The position numbers and the translations under genes are program-made. Below, in pieces: positions 42,967-57,299 of a DNA stretch of 64,000 bases. Numbering within the stretch: the stretch's first letter is position 1; each line of letters opens with the position of its first letter. The notes under the pieces are model-generated. The model was not told the origin of the DNA and did no database searches. It saw only the letters and a program-made list of their open reading frames with translations. Origin of the DNA: Eledone cirrhosa (lineage: Eukaryota); contig OZ024741.1 of the NCBI GenBank assembly GCA_964016885.1, forward strand, positions 107,012,001 to 107,076,000, in the 5' to 3' direction.

Positions 42967-43503
42967 TATAATATAATATAATATAATATAATATAATATA
43001 ATATAATATAATATAATATAATATAATATCATATTATATAATATATATATATATATAGCGAATATTTTATTCCAGCTCTTCATACTGTCACCTATCTTCA
43101 CCACCATTATTATTTTTCTTTTTATTCTAAGTTATTATTGATTAAATATTAAATCCAACGACTCCAGTTTGGCTGGAAATTCTTTTTGAAATTTCCATAT
43201 TTTGAAGTTGAATACTAAGAGTCTGTGTGTCTATGAAATAGATAGCTTCAACATTCACTAATCTTCTCAAATTGCATAAGAATATTATTCCACGTACAAG
43301 GAAAATTGAAACTTAAACATATCAAAACCAAATAACGGCCAGTAATTAAAAAACTGTCGAACAGTTTCCAGAATAATGAAGAAAAAAAAATCATTCACTC
43401 TTTTTGCATGTATGAGTGCTTTTTTTTATTTCAACACACACACACAGACGCGCGCGCGCGCACACACACAACCACACACATACATACACGCATACACACA
43501 CAT

Positions 43504-43573
<70 letters not shown>

Positions 43574-43579
43574 CGAAAC

Positions 43580-43619
<40 letters not shown>

Positions 43620-43620
43620 G

Positions 43621-43671
43621 AGCTTCTACAGGACTAGAACTGTTTCATTCGTGAGAAATCATCAGGAAGCT
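43621..43671 (-). ncRNA. Type-I hammerhead with intact core and 6-bp stem I
   Basis: AGCUUC-CUGAUGA-uUUC-ucac-GAAu-GAAA-CAG-uucuaguc-CUG-UA-GAAGCU. Confidence 0.85.
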
Positions 43672-44056
43672 AAGTGTCCAAGTAAAAATGGTGGTATTTA
43701 TATCTTTTCTGGTGGTAGGAGAGGGTGGGGGTGGGATGGGTGGAAATCGTTGGTTGAAAGAGAAGGGAATTCTTTAAAAGCTAATTCTTTAAAGCTATAT
43801 TTTATATTTAGAGTGACAAAGGCTGGAAGAATTCTATAAACAAGTTCAAAATGGAGTGCCACTCCTTATATTTAAGTTTCTCTTAAGCTAACAATGCCTA
43901 TATTTCAGGTGTCTACAGTATGGGTGGAGGTCATGGTTGATGGGTTTAAAGAAAGCAGAATTTTTTAAAAGCTAATTCTTTAAAGCAGAATGTATTGCTA
44001 TGTATTGAGTACCTTACTTACTGTGGTTACCTCCGACTCAACCCGGTATAACTTAA

Positions 44057-44137
<81 letters not shown>

Positions 44138-44245
44138 TGCACTTACATATAAGGTTGCACTTACCAATGAAACGGTCGTAAATACCTGGATAAAATCCTT
44201 CTCTTAATGCTTACCTGTGTTTTCTCTTTTATATATATATATATA

Positions 44246-44470
44246 GTGATAGAACACTGGAAGGTAATATCCGTAGTGGTAGAGCACTCAGTCTATGGGA
44301 CGAGTTAGGTAGAAGTGGTTACACAACAGTTAGTTCACCATACCGAGAACAATTGTTTCACCTTAGCGGATCCTCAGCTCGTAATGGGCATGGTTATACG
44401 AGCTAGCTGAGGATCCGCTAAGGTGAAACAATTGTCCTCGGTATGGTGTACTAACTGTTGTGTAACCACG
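44246..44470. mobile_element. Fold-back pLTR island with two opposed hammerheads (44344-44381 minus, 44399-44440 plus)
   Basis: CGAG-CUGAGGA-ucc-gcuaa-ggu-GAAAC-AAUU-GU(U/C)-CUCG; terminal segment recurs at 47932-47985. Confidence 0.8.
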
Positions 44471-44817
44471 TATATATATATATAGTGTGTGTGTGTATTT
44501 GAAACACACACACACATATATATATATACATTGTTTATTCGAAACACCCAAACTGAAAACGTACCAACCCAGATCGAAATGGCTTTTAAAAAGAGGTTTT
44601 CCTATATTTTTAAAATCCTTACTGTTTATTTTACGTTCATTGAAAGCTAGGTTTTATCGGTTCTATAGACAGTGAATTAAGTATATACTGATGACAGTTA
44701 CGCCTTAACTACTTTGATGTCTTATTCAGAAGTCATACATACATACATACATACATACAAATATACGTACGTATATACATATATACATACATACAAATAT
44801 ACGTACTTATATATATA

Positions 44818-45302
44818 TGGTGGCTGCCAACTCGTTTTCGAGTACGGCCACTACTTTATATCCATGTAGGAGAACCCCTACCGATGCGCTGAACGAATGT
44901 GACTTTTTAGTCCAGCCAGCGACTTGAAAACTCTGGTACAAAGACTACACTTGTGACCATTATTGACACATAGTGCAGGGCCCATGGTACCATGTGATGA
45001 CAAGTGCAGAGAGATCTCCAGATATAAAGCAATGCCTGTGCTGTGAAGCTTTTATAGTGAGCAAAGGCACTGCACAAAGCCAGTCCCACTCTCTTAACCA
45101 AGATGATATTTACCAAAAAGAAGAACAAGTCAACATCATTGGATACCATCAGGGTTGCAGGTGTTATATCAGAGTTTTCCTTCTCCTAGAATTCTGCCTT
45201 GACAAAAGGTAAGGGTTCATCTCTCCCGGTGATTTTGGATGGCCATTGACTCTTAAGAGCTCCTTTGCCCTGTTACAGATTTTGTTTTTAGTCCTGCAGG
45301 AC
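44818..45302 (-). mobile_element. Family A repeat
   Basis: Close copy of 13834-14315. Confidence 0.8.
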
Positions 45303-45974
45303 ATACATACATACATACATACATACATACATACATACATACATACATACATACATACATACATACATACATACATAGTTCTGTATTCAACACTACGTCT
45401 CCATGTATCGATGTTACAGCTGGAGGCACAATAACGACTGCTGAGGTTAAGCATTTCACATCGGAATCATGAGATCTCGAGCTCGACACTACTGCTTATC
45501 AACTTGGATAAGTTTCTTTACCATAGTCTAAGATCTATCCGAAACTTATTAACGAAATTAAGTAGACGGCAACAGTATGGGTAGTCTGTCTGATGGATTC
45601 TACCTGAAATTCAAATGTCCTGCTATGTCACATATTGCGTTATGCTGATTCGGCTATGAAATTACGATAAGAGTACGTGTATCTGTGGAATACTCAATCC
45701 CTTACATGTTAATTTAGGAGTTGGGATGTTCTGTTGATTGAATAACTATATTCTTATCGTCGAAATGAACGGAAGAACCATCGTTATCGTGGTTCAGCTA
45801 TCAACAGTGTTAAAGTGTCGATCCCCAGAGTAAGGAACTTAACACCGAGATATCTTTGAGGTAGATGTAAATTTTGTTGGCCTTCATTATCAAGATTACA
45901 GAAATCAAGTTTAATGCCTCTCACACCAGAAGCGGTTTAATCTTACTGTTGTTACATTAATGTTTATGACGATT

Positions 45975-46580
45975 TGTTAGCAGTATTTGTAGATCGTCAG
46001 CCGAATTTCCACTCTTTACATTCTGAGTTCAAATCTCAATGAGGTCAAATTTACCTTTCATTTTTCTGCGGTCGATAAAATAAAATACTAATCAAATACT
46101 GGAGTCTGTTTAATCGACTACCTCTCTGTCTACAAATTGCTAACCTTGTGCCAAAATAAGAAACCTCGAGCAAAATACTTTGGACAAAATACTTTGTAGA
46201 ATTTAGTTACGATTCTTTACATAGTTCAAATCCCGCCAAGGTCAACTTAGCCTTTCATCCTTCGAAGGTCGATAAAATAAAGTAGCAGTCAAATAATAGG
46301 GTTGATTTAATCAACTACTTTCTCAGACATTTGCCGGCCTTATGCTTAAATTATAAATCAATATTAGTTTACAAAGGGGACAGAGGTTTAACGAAATACT
46401 TTGCGTATTTAGTTATGGTCATTTACTTTCCGAGTTCAAATCTGTCAAAGCCAACTTTGTCTTTGATCCTCACGGGGTCAATAAAATATAGTTCCATACA
46501 TGTACTGGGGCGGATATAATCAACCTTTCCCTCTCATCCCCACGAATTGTTGGCAATGTGCCTAAATTGGAAATCATTAT
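45975..46580 (+). mobile_element. Three old head-to-tail SINE copies
   Basis: Repeated agttcaaatc..ggtcgataaaataaa..ttgtgcc. Confidence 0.75.
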
Positions 46581-46940
46581 TTATTGCGACAAACAACATG
46601 TAAATAAATATATAAATATGTATAAAATAAAACACTTCTGAATTCGAATTCAGGAATAGAAGGTTTCCAATTTCAAACAGATTCACTGATCACCCCGCCA
46701 CAAATACACACAGACACAGATCCCCCCACACACACACAAGCACATACACACACATACACACACGTGCACAGCACATACACACACACAAAATACATACACA
46801 AACACCACCACCACCATCACCGAAGTCCAACTCAGCCTCATTTCAAAAGCTCCACCTCTCTTCATTGTTTTTCACTGATATGTGCGTGTCTGTGTGTGTG
46901 TGTAGCTTTGTAGAATAATGTGCGTGCATGTGTGTGTGTA

Positions 46941-47005
<65 letters not shown>

Positions 47006-47345
47006 ATATATATTTATATATACATACACACACATACACATATATATGCATATATGTGAGTTAGAAACTCAAAACAGTCTCTTACAATAAATTAGCTCTA
47101 GGAAAGAGATTTTTCCGAGCCGCTCACCTTAGCGAATCTAGTCCTTTACGATTTGAATACATACATGTATATGTCTGTATTCGTTTTTCTTTTTTGTTCA
47201 GTTATATATATATATGTATATATTTATTTGCTTAAACTTTAATCTGTTATTTTAATAAATATTTGCTCTAGGGTTGTTATATATTTGATATTTATTTATC
47301 CTTATCGAGCCCTCTTTGGATTTTAGTTTTCACATTTATTATTAT

Positions 47346-47430
<85 letters not shown>

Positions 47431-47657
47431 CGTGTGTGTGTGTGTGCGCGTGTGTAAAAGGTAAATAGAAATAACTACACAATTGATACAAAGGGATATA
47501 TTAGGTTAACGCTTGATATAGCAGGACGCTAATCCTTCATCAGAAGAAAGAATGAGAAATAAGATAGATTGGGGGGACGGGCGGGTTGGGATTGGAAAAA
47601 ATGTCTCTAGATGAAAATAACAGGTCCATTCATGTTGACATCTCTAGCAAAACACAG

Positions 47658-47723
<66 letters not shown>

Positions 47724-47849
47724 AATGTTTCATACGCTTAGCATGTATGTTCGACCATTGGATTCGGGGTCCAGTTGTTTATACTAAATAAGGTCTCTTG
47801 CAATAGATGACCACAGTTTTCCTTCAACACACATGCACACATGCACACA

Positions 47850-47891
<42 letters not shown>

Positions 47892-48042
47892 CACACATGC
47901 ACAGATGCACACACACACATACACACATATACGGACTGAGTGCTCTACCACTACGGATATTACCTTCCAGTGTTCTACCACTATATATATATATATTATG
48001 GAATACTGTTGGCTTCTTGCTACAATATTTGCTATAACTTTC

Positions 48043-48116
<74 letters not shown>

Positions 48117-48146
48117 GGAAAGAGAATAACGTATGCAAAGTTCCTA

Positions 48147-48320
48147 GATTCCTAGTAAAGTAACCTAAAGCAAAAAGGTTTCACTAGCATCTTTCCCTTA
48201 TTGCATTTTGGATAAACTTCCAGTGTTGCCTGCTTAATTTATTGAGATGGTCAACATTGCTTCTCAAGGCAAAGATGTTAGAGAAGCTTTCTTGTTTTAG
48301 CTTGCTTTACTAGGAATCTT
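48147..48320. repeat. Fold-back island or MITE with ~55-bp arms
   Basis: agattcctagtaaag..catcttt / aaagatg..ctttactaggaatct. Confidence 0.7.
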
Positions 48321-48441
48321 CCCCGCGGTTTGTATGTGCTTCCCTGAATTATGAATTAGATATATTTTGGCGATGTTTTCATTGAGTTGTTCTATATATT
48401 AGTTTCTCTGTGACACACACACACACACACAAACACACACG

Positions 48442-48655
<214 letters not shown>

Positions 48656-49516
48656 TATATATACATATGCAGATAAATCTACCAAAATATACGGTAGCGT
48701 CCAATCCGTATGAAGAACTCAATGTAATCCAAATATCATGAAAAGAGAAGATGTATTCAACATTTTTTCGATGAAAATCACAGGAAAACAGAGTCAAGAT
48801 AAATTAATAAAAACAATGAATAAAAACAAAGAAACAGTTCCTTATATTAAAAAATTCATCATTTTACGATCGTTTCTAGGATATATATGTGTGTGTTGGT
48901 ATGTATATCATATAGATCTATGTAAAAGTTTTACAAACTATCAGAGGTAATATACATACCTACACATATATATGCTGTCCTCAGAAATAATGTATATATA
49001 TATATTAGGTTATGTTGACCTCCTTGTATGGTAATGAGTAAAATAGTAAAATAATTGGCATAAAATTTTAAAATTAAGAAAATTCCTGCCCCATCTTCAG
49101 ACATGATGCTGGGCGTTGAATTACCTTCTAGCTTCTAAGTAGAATTTCAGTCATAGTCCTATAGATTTGCCTATGTTGAAGATGTGTAGTTTCCATGAAT
49201 GAGATCTAAAGTTCTGGTGAGTTCTAGCATTTGTACAGACATTGAAAGATCAAATTACGTTGAGACGGTTGTGTTTGACAGTATTTTCTATTATATGTCT
49301 AATGATTATATAGTTGTGTCTTTAAATAGTGTGTAGTGTTTATATTGTGTGTGTGTAGCGGTGTATTAGTATCGTTGTTTGGTTGAAGGGTATGTTGTGG
49401 TTATATCGTTGTGTCCTCGGATGGTTTGTATTGGTTATATCGTTGTCTTTGTAGAGTATGTAGTGGTTAAGGGAAAAGAAACAGATAAAATATAACAAAC
49501 ATTTTCTAGTAATGAA

Positions 49517-49988
49517 TCTAAACTATAATAAAAGGAGGAGCGCGGGACTGCGTACGGTTTATTTATTTTTAACCTGTTTGTAAAATAAGTTGGATTACTT
49601 TGAATAAATAATATTACATAATTTATCTACTAAATTTCGTGGCTGTTCATTAAATATATTTTGTTTATTTAAAGATTCACTTCTTTAAAATTTCTGAAAT
49701 GTCAACACTTCCGGTGGCGATCGCTTAAATAAACACTATTTTCCGTCATTAATTTTCTCCTTATGCAGTTTATATATAATATCGTCTTTTTTAATGTATC
49801 ATGGATTACTTTACTGATTACATAAGACAGTGTAACGCAGTCTTCGTTCAATTTCTATGTATTATATATTGTCAATTACGATTTTATTTGATGTATCATA
49901 TCTACATGTATATATACCTGCGTATAATATCAATATACACACTGCATATGCTAGCAGAAAACCACACGTGTGATGGTTGTTCTGCTAG
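49517..49988 (+). mobile_element. Non-autonomous Helitron
   Basis: A|TC 5' end, 3' hairpin and CTAG|T; second copy at 6943-7399. Confidence 0.8.
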
Positions 49989-50389
49989 TATATGATAAGA
50001 ATGGAATGGGACCTCCATTGTCTGTTATATACATTTGACTTAGTGTATATAACCACAAGGATTATGGTCCCAACCTGGAAGAGCCGAACTCCCATTGTCA
50101 CCGCCTCCATCTCTTTTACCCTCTCCATCTCTCTGAATGGTGAACAGATGGGGTCCCACGGGCTGGCCACCCCACAGCCCAGCGGACAGAATGGAGAAGG
50201 CGTTTCCCCGGAGGATGGTAAGGGATATGTGCTCGAAGAGCCACAGATTATCGCCACAATTCAACCTGCCACGTGCTGGTTCATGAACTTACAATCAACT
50301 CACCCGATTTTCTGTCCTTCATAATTACAACCCCACTTTTTATCTCCAAATGCTTCAAGGAAACTATTACATTCTATTATATATATATC

Positions 50390-50475
<86 letters not shown>

Positions 50476-50808
50476 GTCAGCCTCGTGATTGTTACTGGCA
50501 TCATGTAACATGTTACAACTTCTCCGTGGCCAAGTTGTCCGTGACAAAACCGGTTCCCCCACCAGACCCTGGTGGTGGGAAACCCCAGCAACACAAAAAA
50601 AAACAAGAGCTGTTAAAAGGGCGGATGATCTCCTCAGGGTCAACAGCCATCCACTCCAACTATGGGTTAAATAGCCTCACTAACCCAAAATTGCCCAAGC
50701 ATGGTGAGTACGCCTACACACCTGACGTGACAAAAACCAAACAGAAAGCGGGGAGGTCAGCCAGGGAGGGGTTCCTCCAAAAGGAGTGAAAAGACCCTGG
50801 ACTGGATT

Positions 50809-50859
<51 letters not shown>

Positions 50860-51195
50860 TGTGTATATGTGTTGTATGAGTGTGTGTGGCTGGCTGTTTG
50901 CATATATATGTTTGTGTCTGTATGCATAAATATGTGAATATTTATGCATACAGATGGTTATATTGTTGTTTAGTAGTTATATCATTGTGTCATTGAAAGA
51001 TGTATAGTGGTTGTATCGTTGTGTCTTTGAAGGAGAATGGATGTTGCTGGGGTCTCTAGTCATGAAGTCAGTGAAGATTTGGGGCGAGGTGTTTTAGATT
51101 GTAAATAAAGATTGAACATGGAAAGGTAAGAAGTCATGTGTACCTTTAATGTAATCCTTAGGCAGAATTACTGAGACATGATTTATGATATGGTG

Positions 51196-51315
51196 AAGGC
51201 GTGTGGCTGAGTGGTTAAAGAATTAGATTCGCAATCATGAGGTTGTGAGTTCGATTCCCGGACCGGGCGATGCGTTATGTCCTTGAGCAAGACACTTTAT
51301 TTCACGTTGCTCCTT
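51196..51315 (+). mobile_element. tRNA-derived SINE, second family (CORE-like)
   Basis: A-box tggctgagtgg, B-box gttcgattcc, then gtccttgagcaagacacttta. Confidence 0.75.
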
Positions 51316-51675
51316 CTACCTGGAGTTGCGACCGATAGATAGTATTAGCAACTGGAAAGACCAATGGAAACATTGTTTCCTCGGTCCGATTTGACGAAAG
51401 TCGATCATTCCTTTATGGTTGGAACATAAAATTACATGTACTGTTCAAACGACGAATCTGGCGAGTTTCACTCGATGCAATATGCTATGCAATGGGATTG
51501 AACCCAGCACCTCACAATTTAGAAGCAAAATTCTTAACGATTCAACAATACCGGTATCTCTATACGCACATAGCTGAACATATATACATAAATCAACTTG
51601 ACATGAAACTTTAAACATTTATCTATTCACATAATGTTTATGCATTCATAAATATATGCATACCCATGATCCCAC

Positions 51676-51724
<49 letters not shown>

Positions 51725-51782
51725 CGTGTGTGTCTGTGAGTTCATGTGTGTTTTTGTGCCTCCCATATATGTATGTATATAC

Positions 51783-51862
<80 letters not shown>

Positions 51863-52048
51863 TTGTGTAGATGACCTTCCTGTGTGGTAATATACAAAAT
51901 ATCAGTATAAAATTTGAAAATTAAGAAAATGCTGGCGTCGTTTTCAGACCTGATGTCGGCACTCGATACTTTGTCTGTATTAAATTATAAATTCTAGTTT
52001 TTCGCTTCGATTTTAATATTACAATTACTACTTTCACTACGAACATCG

Positions 52049-52121
<73 letters not shown>

Positions 52122-52503
52122 CCCCCTCTCTCTCTCCACTCTTTCTTTCCCTTTCTCTCTCTATGTATATATATGTATATATACATACATATATATATAT
52201 ACATATAAACATACACACACACATACATACATGCATACATACATACAGACACACACACAAGCGCGTATATACATAAATATATATATATATATAAATATAA
52301 GTATGTACACGTACATACATATATGTATACAGACGTACAGTAGTATGTATATATATACATACATGCACACACATATATATATGTACGTATGGGTTTACCG
52401 AACATTTATTATAATGTTCGGCTTGTTTGTAACAAACAGCCCGAATTAAGCCGTACAGTGTTCAGCAACCATCGTTGCCCTTTTGTTCAACACTGACACA
52501 GGA

Positions 52504-52546
52504 ACGATGAACTAGTTTCAAGCTTATTAGCTATCGTCAGCATCGT
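52504..52546 (-). ncRNA. Minimal type-I hammerhead
   Basis: ACGAUG-CUGACGA-uAGCU-aaua-AGCUu-GAAAC-UA-GUU-CAUCGU. Confidence 0.85.
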
Positions 52547-52932
52547 ATACCTTCCTGTCAGATGATTGAACGTTTGAAAGTATATACTTTCCTTAAACAT
52601 CTTACCGGCTGAGCAGCCTAATTTGCATATCGAGTGAGTTAGTCGGCCGGGCGCACCGAAAACGATAAATAAAAAAAATGAAACGAAATTTCATTTCACA
52701 CTCTTAGTACGGCTGTTAATTAAATATAAGTATGTACACGTACATACATATATGTATACAGACGTACAGTAGTATGTATATATATACATACATGCACACA
52801 TATATATATATGCACGTATGGGTTTACCGAACATTTATTATAATATTCGGTTTGTTTGTAAACAAACAACCCGAATTAAGCCGTACAGTGTTCAGCAATC
52901 ATCGTGCCCTTTTATTCAACACTGACAAAGGA

Positions 52933-52975
52933 ATGATGAACTAGTTTCAAGCTTGTTAGCTCTCGTCAGCATCGT
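52933..52975 (-). ncRNA. Minimal type-I hammerhead, tandem copy
   Basis: acGAUG-CUGACGA-gAGCU-aaca-AGCUu-GAAAC-UA-GUU-CAUCau. Confidence 0.85.
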
Positions 52976-53175
52976 ATACCTTCCTGACATATATATATAT
53001 ATGTGTGTGCATGTATATATATATATACATACTACTGTACGTCTGTATACATATATGTATGTACGTGTACATACTTATATTTAAGTAACAGCCGTACTAA
53101 GAGTGAGAAATGAAATTTCGTTTCATTTTTTCCATTTATATAAATATATATATATATAGTAATCAGGGGGAGGTA

Positions 53176-53218
53176 AGTTGACAGCGCTGTTTCGTACTAT
53201 TTGGTACATATCAAAACT
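53176..53218 (-). ncRNA. Minimal hammerhead, U3-A8 variant with A9-to-U change
   Basis: AGUU-UUGAUAU-GUAC-caaaua-GUAC-GAAAC-AGCGCU-GUC-AACU. Confidence 0.7.
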
Positions 53219-53281
53219 CACTACTCTCCCCGTCTGCCGAAAATTATGTGTGTTGGATTCTTATAGAATTCCAGTAACAAT

Positions 53282-53549
53282 CAGGAACTGATTTTACAGA
53301 GCGGTCGCCGGCCCAGCAGAAATTGAAAATTAGAATTGGTGCTCTGAAATAGCGATATATATATGAATGTATATATAGTGTAGTTTGCCATACACTGTAT
53401 GCTTAATTAAAACCAGTAATACTTAATTAAATACAGTGTATTGCAAACTACACTATATATACATTCATATATATATCGCTATTTCAGAGCACCAATTCTA
53501 ATTTTCAATTCCTGCTGGGCCGGGGACCGCTCAGTAAAATCAGCTCCTG
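53282..53549. repeat. ~270-bp near-perfect palindrome
   Basis: ~120-bp arms with few mismatches. Confidence 0.92.
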
Positions 53550-53709
53550 GAACCATATTAATGTAATCAGGTAACACTAAAATATCCTCAGGATATCAAT
53601 ATAAAATCTGGAGCATGGAAGTCTTTGAGACTTTTCGTAGAAGTTAATAAAAATGATTTAAAGTATAATCTTTGTTTTTATACTTCAATTAATATTATGT
53701 ATATATACA

Positions 53710-53870
53710 CCGTATTTCCCGACGTCGAAGACACTTCGTCCTCGAGGACGAAGTTTGACAAACCAAAATTTGAAAAAAAATAATAAACAATCTTCGGCCT
53801 CCAGGACGCATGGTAGATTTTTGAGGCTATTTTAGGTAAAAAGTAGCGTCCTCGACGCTGGGAAATACGG
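53710..53870. mobile_element. Tc1/pogo-type MITE
   Basis: TIRs ccgtatttccc/gggaaatacgg; TA on the right flank. Confidence 0.75.
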
Positions 53871-53878
53871 TATATATA

Positions 53879-53972
<94 letters not shown>

Positions 53973-54264
53973 AGTACATGTTGGTTGTTTACCGACACCC
54001 CAGTATGCAGATTGGAGCACTCGACGAAGTATGCAGGTGGGTTTGTTTACTCCGGATTGGTGTGGAAAAGACAAGTACACATGTTGTTGAAATGTGTTTT
54101 ACTCCGTCAATACATCGATATGTCCAACTCCTGGTTGTGTTGTTATTCCTCTGAGGAACTGGATTCATATGGAACTGGATTCATATGGCTGTCACCGAAA
54201 TATATATAGCAGTATATCTATAATTTATAATAAACGAAGCCAAATTTTACATATTTGACTTAAT

Positions 54265-54334
<70 letters not shown>

Positions 54335-54343
<9 letters not shown>

Positions 54344-55975
54344 AATGATTTCTTTATTGGCCACAAGGGCTGACATTACAGACGGCACAGGACGGTACAG
54401 GACGCTATGATGTGGGTTTTGTGCGTGTAAATATTTTTATTATTTATATAAGAAAAGAAAAAAAGACATAGAAACAAATATATATATATAAACAATAAAA
54501 ATGAAAATTGAAACAATGAAAAATTCCCCAGTAGGGGGGAAACCTCCGAGGGTTACTCGTGGCGAAAACCACACAAAAGACCACGGCCACCCTGACCACC
54601 AGGGCAAGTGCCCTCTCTCAATTTTTCCATTTCTCAAACTACAGACGTATGTTCAGAGCGGTCCCATTCACTCGGACCATTCTCGCTACATTCACCCACC
54701 TTTCAACAAACTTGCTAGTAGGCAGCACTTGCCTCTCCACCCCGATTTTCCACTTCAACTGAAACTTGAAAAAGTTAATTAGGGATTCGCCGAAGAGGGA
54801 AGTATCTGTCTTTAACCCTTTTAACCTTGTCCACCACACAATCTCTTTCGCCATGGCCACCAGGCAGATGAAAACCGCCTGCCCTTCCTCCTCGAAGGAA
54901 GACGGCGAGACCATCTGCACAATGGACTCAGTCGATAACCGGATCAGTCCTACACGCGACAGCAACTGTTCGACATAGCTCCACAAGTCAGCAATGCTCG
55001 GGCACTGAACGAGTGCGTGCACGACGGTTTCGTCGCTCTGCGCGCATCTCGGACAGGCTCGGCTGACGGCACTTCCGTGCATGCAGAGCTTATCTCGAAC
55101 CGGCAACGCTCCCCGGTAGCATTGCCAGGCCAGGGATTTTTGGAAGTTATCCATAGTCCCTGGGATGAAAGTTCTCCGGAAGAGAGCAAACAGCTGATCT
55201 TCTTCGTCGCCCAGGATCTCTCCGAGAACGTCGTCGCTCTTCCCCTCCACTGGTCCTCTATAGAACGCCGAGGTGGATGTTCCACCGATACTGGTGCCCA
55301 GCTGGCAGAGGGCAGTGAGCGCCTGGAGACATTCCAGTTTCCAAGCGCTATCCCTCGGTCTTTTTCTGACGCAGGACTGCAGCTCCGTCAAGGAGATGAG
55401 CTGTGGCAAAACGTTCCTGGCGAACGGCGACGACACCTGTTCACCGTCAAGGAAGCACCAGAGATGTCGCAGTTTCAGCGCATGTTTGCGCATCATCAGC
55501 CATGGCATGCCCAGTCCTCCGCGCAACGGGTGTTGACAGCATATGGATCGTCTGACGATGGGAGCGCGTCCCTTCCACAAAAAGCAGAAGAGGAAGCGCT
55601 CCATTTTGGTGAGAGTTGGGCCGGGGCAAGGGACGACGGTGAGGCGGTAGCAGATGACGGATGCGATGTACGCATTCGCCACCTCCGCCCGGCCTTTCAG
55701 GGATAGCTTCCTCTCGGCCCATTTCTGGGTGAGGGAGGCCACCTTGCTCGTCACCTCGTTCCAGTTTTTCTCCATCTGGAGGTCCGGTCCGAACCAGACC
55801 CCGAGCAGTTTAACCGGCCCGCCCGTCCAACGCCCACGACGCTGTCGGACGGCATGGACTTACCTCTCCAGGTGCCGAGCTGCAATCCCACCGACTTTTC
55901 CTGGTTTATCTTTGCTCCTGTCACCGCTTCGTATTCCTTGAGAGCGCTGCCGAGCATCTGGACGTGTCTGGTGCT
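54335..55975 (-). mobile_element. Tx1/L1-like LINE, 5'-truncated; 378-aa C-terminal ORF2 segment still open (54639-55775)
   Basis: Homologous to 37300-38560; CPRC..ETVVHALVQC; aataaa and (ATT)n tail running into (TA)n. Confidence 0.93.
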
Positions 55976-55976
55976 C

Positions 55977-56335
55977 AAAGTAAAATGACAGAAGGCCGGT
56001 CAGGTTGAATTTCCTTGATTTCTGCAAACACTATGCACATTTCAGTCCCCAGGTATGCCTCGTCATCCCCCCAGGACGGCGAGGCATAATAACAACAGGC
56101 TGCTGCGGTCGTCTCTGGGTCAAAAACAAAAACACACTTTTTTCTACCCTGTTTTGTTTTCTTTGCATTTTTCCTTAAAGCATCTTAGAATGTGCTTACC
56201 ATCATTCCGTTGGTATACAACTATTATGCAATTTACACATGAAGATGGCATCCTGGCCACTGAAATGTGCATAGTGTTTGCAGAAATAAATAATTAAGGA
56301 AATTCAACCTGTCTGGCTTCCTGTCATTTTACTTT
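55977..56335. mobile_element. Fold-back pLTR island with decayed HHRs in both arms
   Basis: ~90-bp arms; plus strand ACAC-AUGAAGA-uggc..gcca-cu-GAAA-ugugca-UA-GUGU at 56235-56277. Confidence 0.75.
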
Positions 56336-56729
56336 ATAATATATTTAACACCGTTCCCGTACCACCAGCATGATTTAACATCAAAGATGGATTAGCTGCA
56401 TAATGTCGAGTGCTTTTCCATATTACGTCACGGTTAACATTGCAGAATGACCAATTCTACCCAGTGGAAATCTGCCAAATTTAAACGTACATATATATAT
56501 ACACATTTCATCCTTACGTGGTCGATAAAATAAATACCAGTAATGCACTGGCTAATTGCTGGCCTTGTGTCAAAAGACGAAACAATTATTATTATTATTA
56601 TTATTATTATTAACGGTGTTGTCTCAGAATGGCAGCAGCCATGGCCTGGAATAGGTAAAAGAATATATATATATTTAAGAATATGTCTGCACGTTGAAAA
56701 TGAGGATTGAATCTATGGAATTCTATACG

Positions 56730-56970
56730 AGTTGTGGTCCTTTAAGGTTCAGTAATGTGTGGGTTTGTGGTCCTTTAAGGTCCTTTAAGTTTCAGTAATG
56801 TGTACCTTTGTGGACCTTTCAGGTTCAGTAATGTGTACCCCTATGATCCTTTACGGTTCAGTAATGTGTGCCTCTGTGATCTATAGGGCTCACTAATGTT
56901 CTAAACCTTTAAGGTTCAGCAATGTCCCGTTGTGATCTTTAAGATTCAGTAGTGTGCCCCTTTACGGTCT
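56730..56970. repeat. ~31-bp minisatellite
   Basis: About 7 units of tgtggtcctttaaggttcagtaatgtg. Confidence 0.85.
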
Positions 56971-57299
56971 GCACTCAATGTGGATATTGGATATTAAATG
57001 ATCCCTGTATAGACACCACAGATGTTAGTTTAAATCAACTAAATACTGGGAATATGTCAGTTCAGATTTAGTGAGCCTCCTCTTCCTGGTTTAGTTCCTT
57101 TGGCTCCCTATGAAGCATTACGTTATGAGAAGTCTCCTCTCCCAACTGGGTCACGGGCCAGCACACAGTCGAGACCCACATCCCCATATTCTAGGTTATC
57201 CCCAACAGACCTCAAGCAGGTTTTGATAGGCCAACCTTGTTTCCCAGAAGTTTGAAGGGATTTAGTAATATACCTAACTTTCTCATTACAAAACCGGTT

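Larger units (their letters stand above)
52292..53140 (-). mobile_element. Non-coding retrozyme-like element: tandem HHR repeats (period 429) plus an inverted end
   Basis: Direct repeats 52292-52560 and 52721-52989; 52990-53140 inverted relative to ~52665-52810. Confidence 0.85.

Noticed and set aside
51196-51275. tRNA gene
   Set aside because: No complete cloverleaf or acceptor stem; it continues into a SINE body
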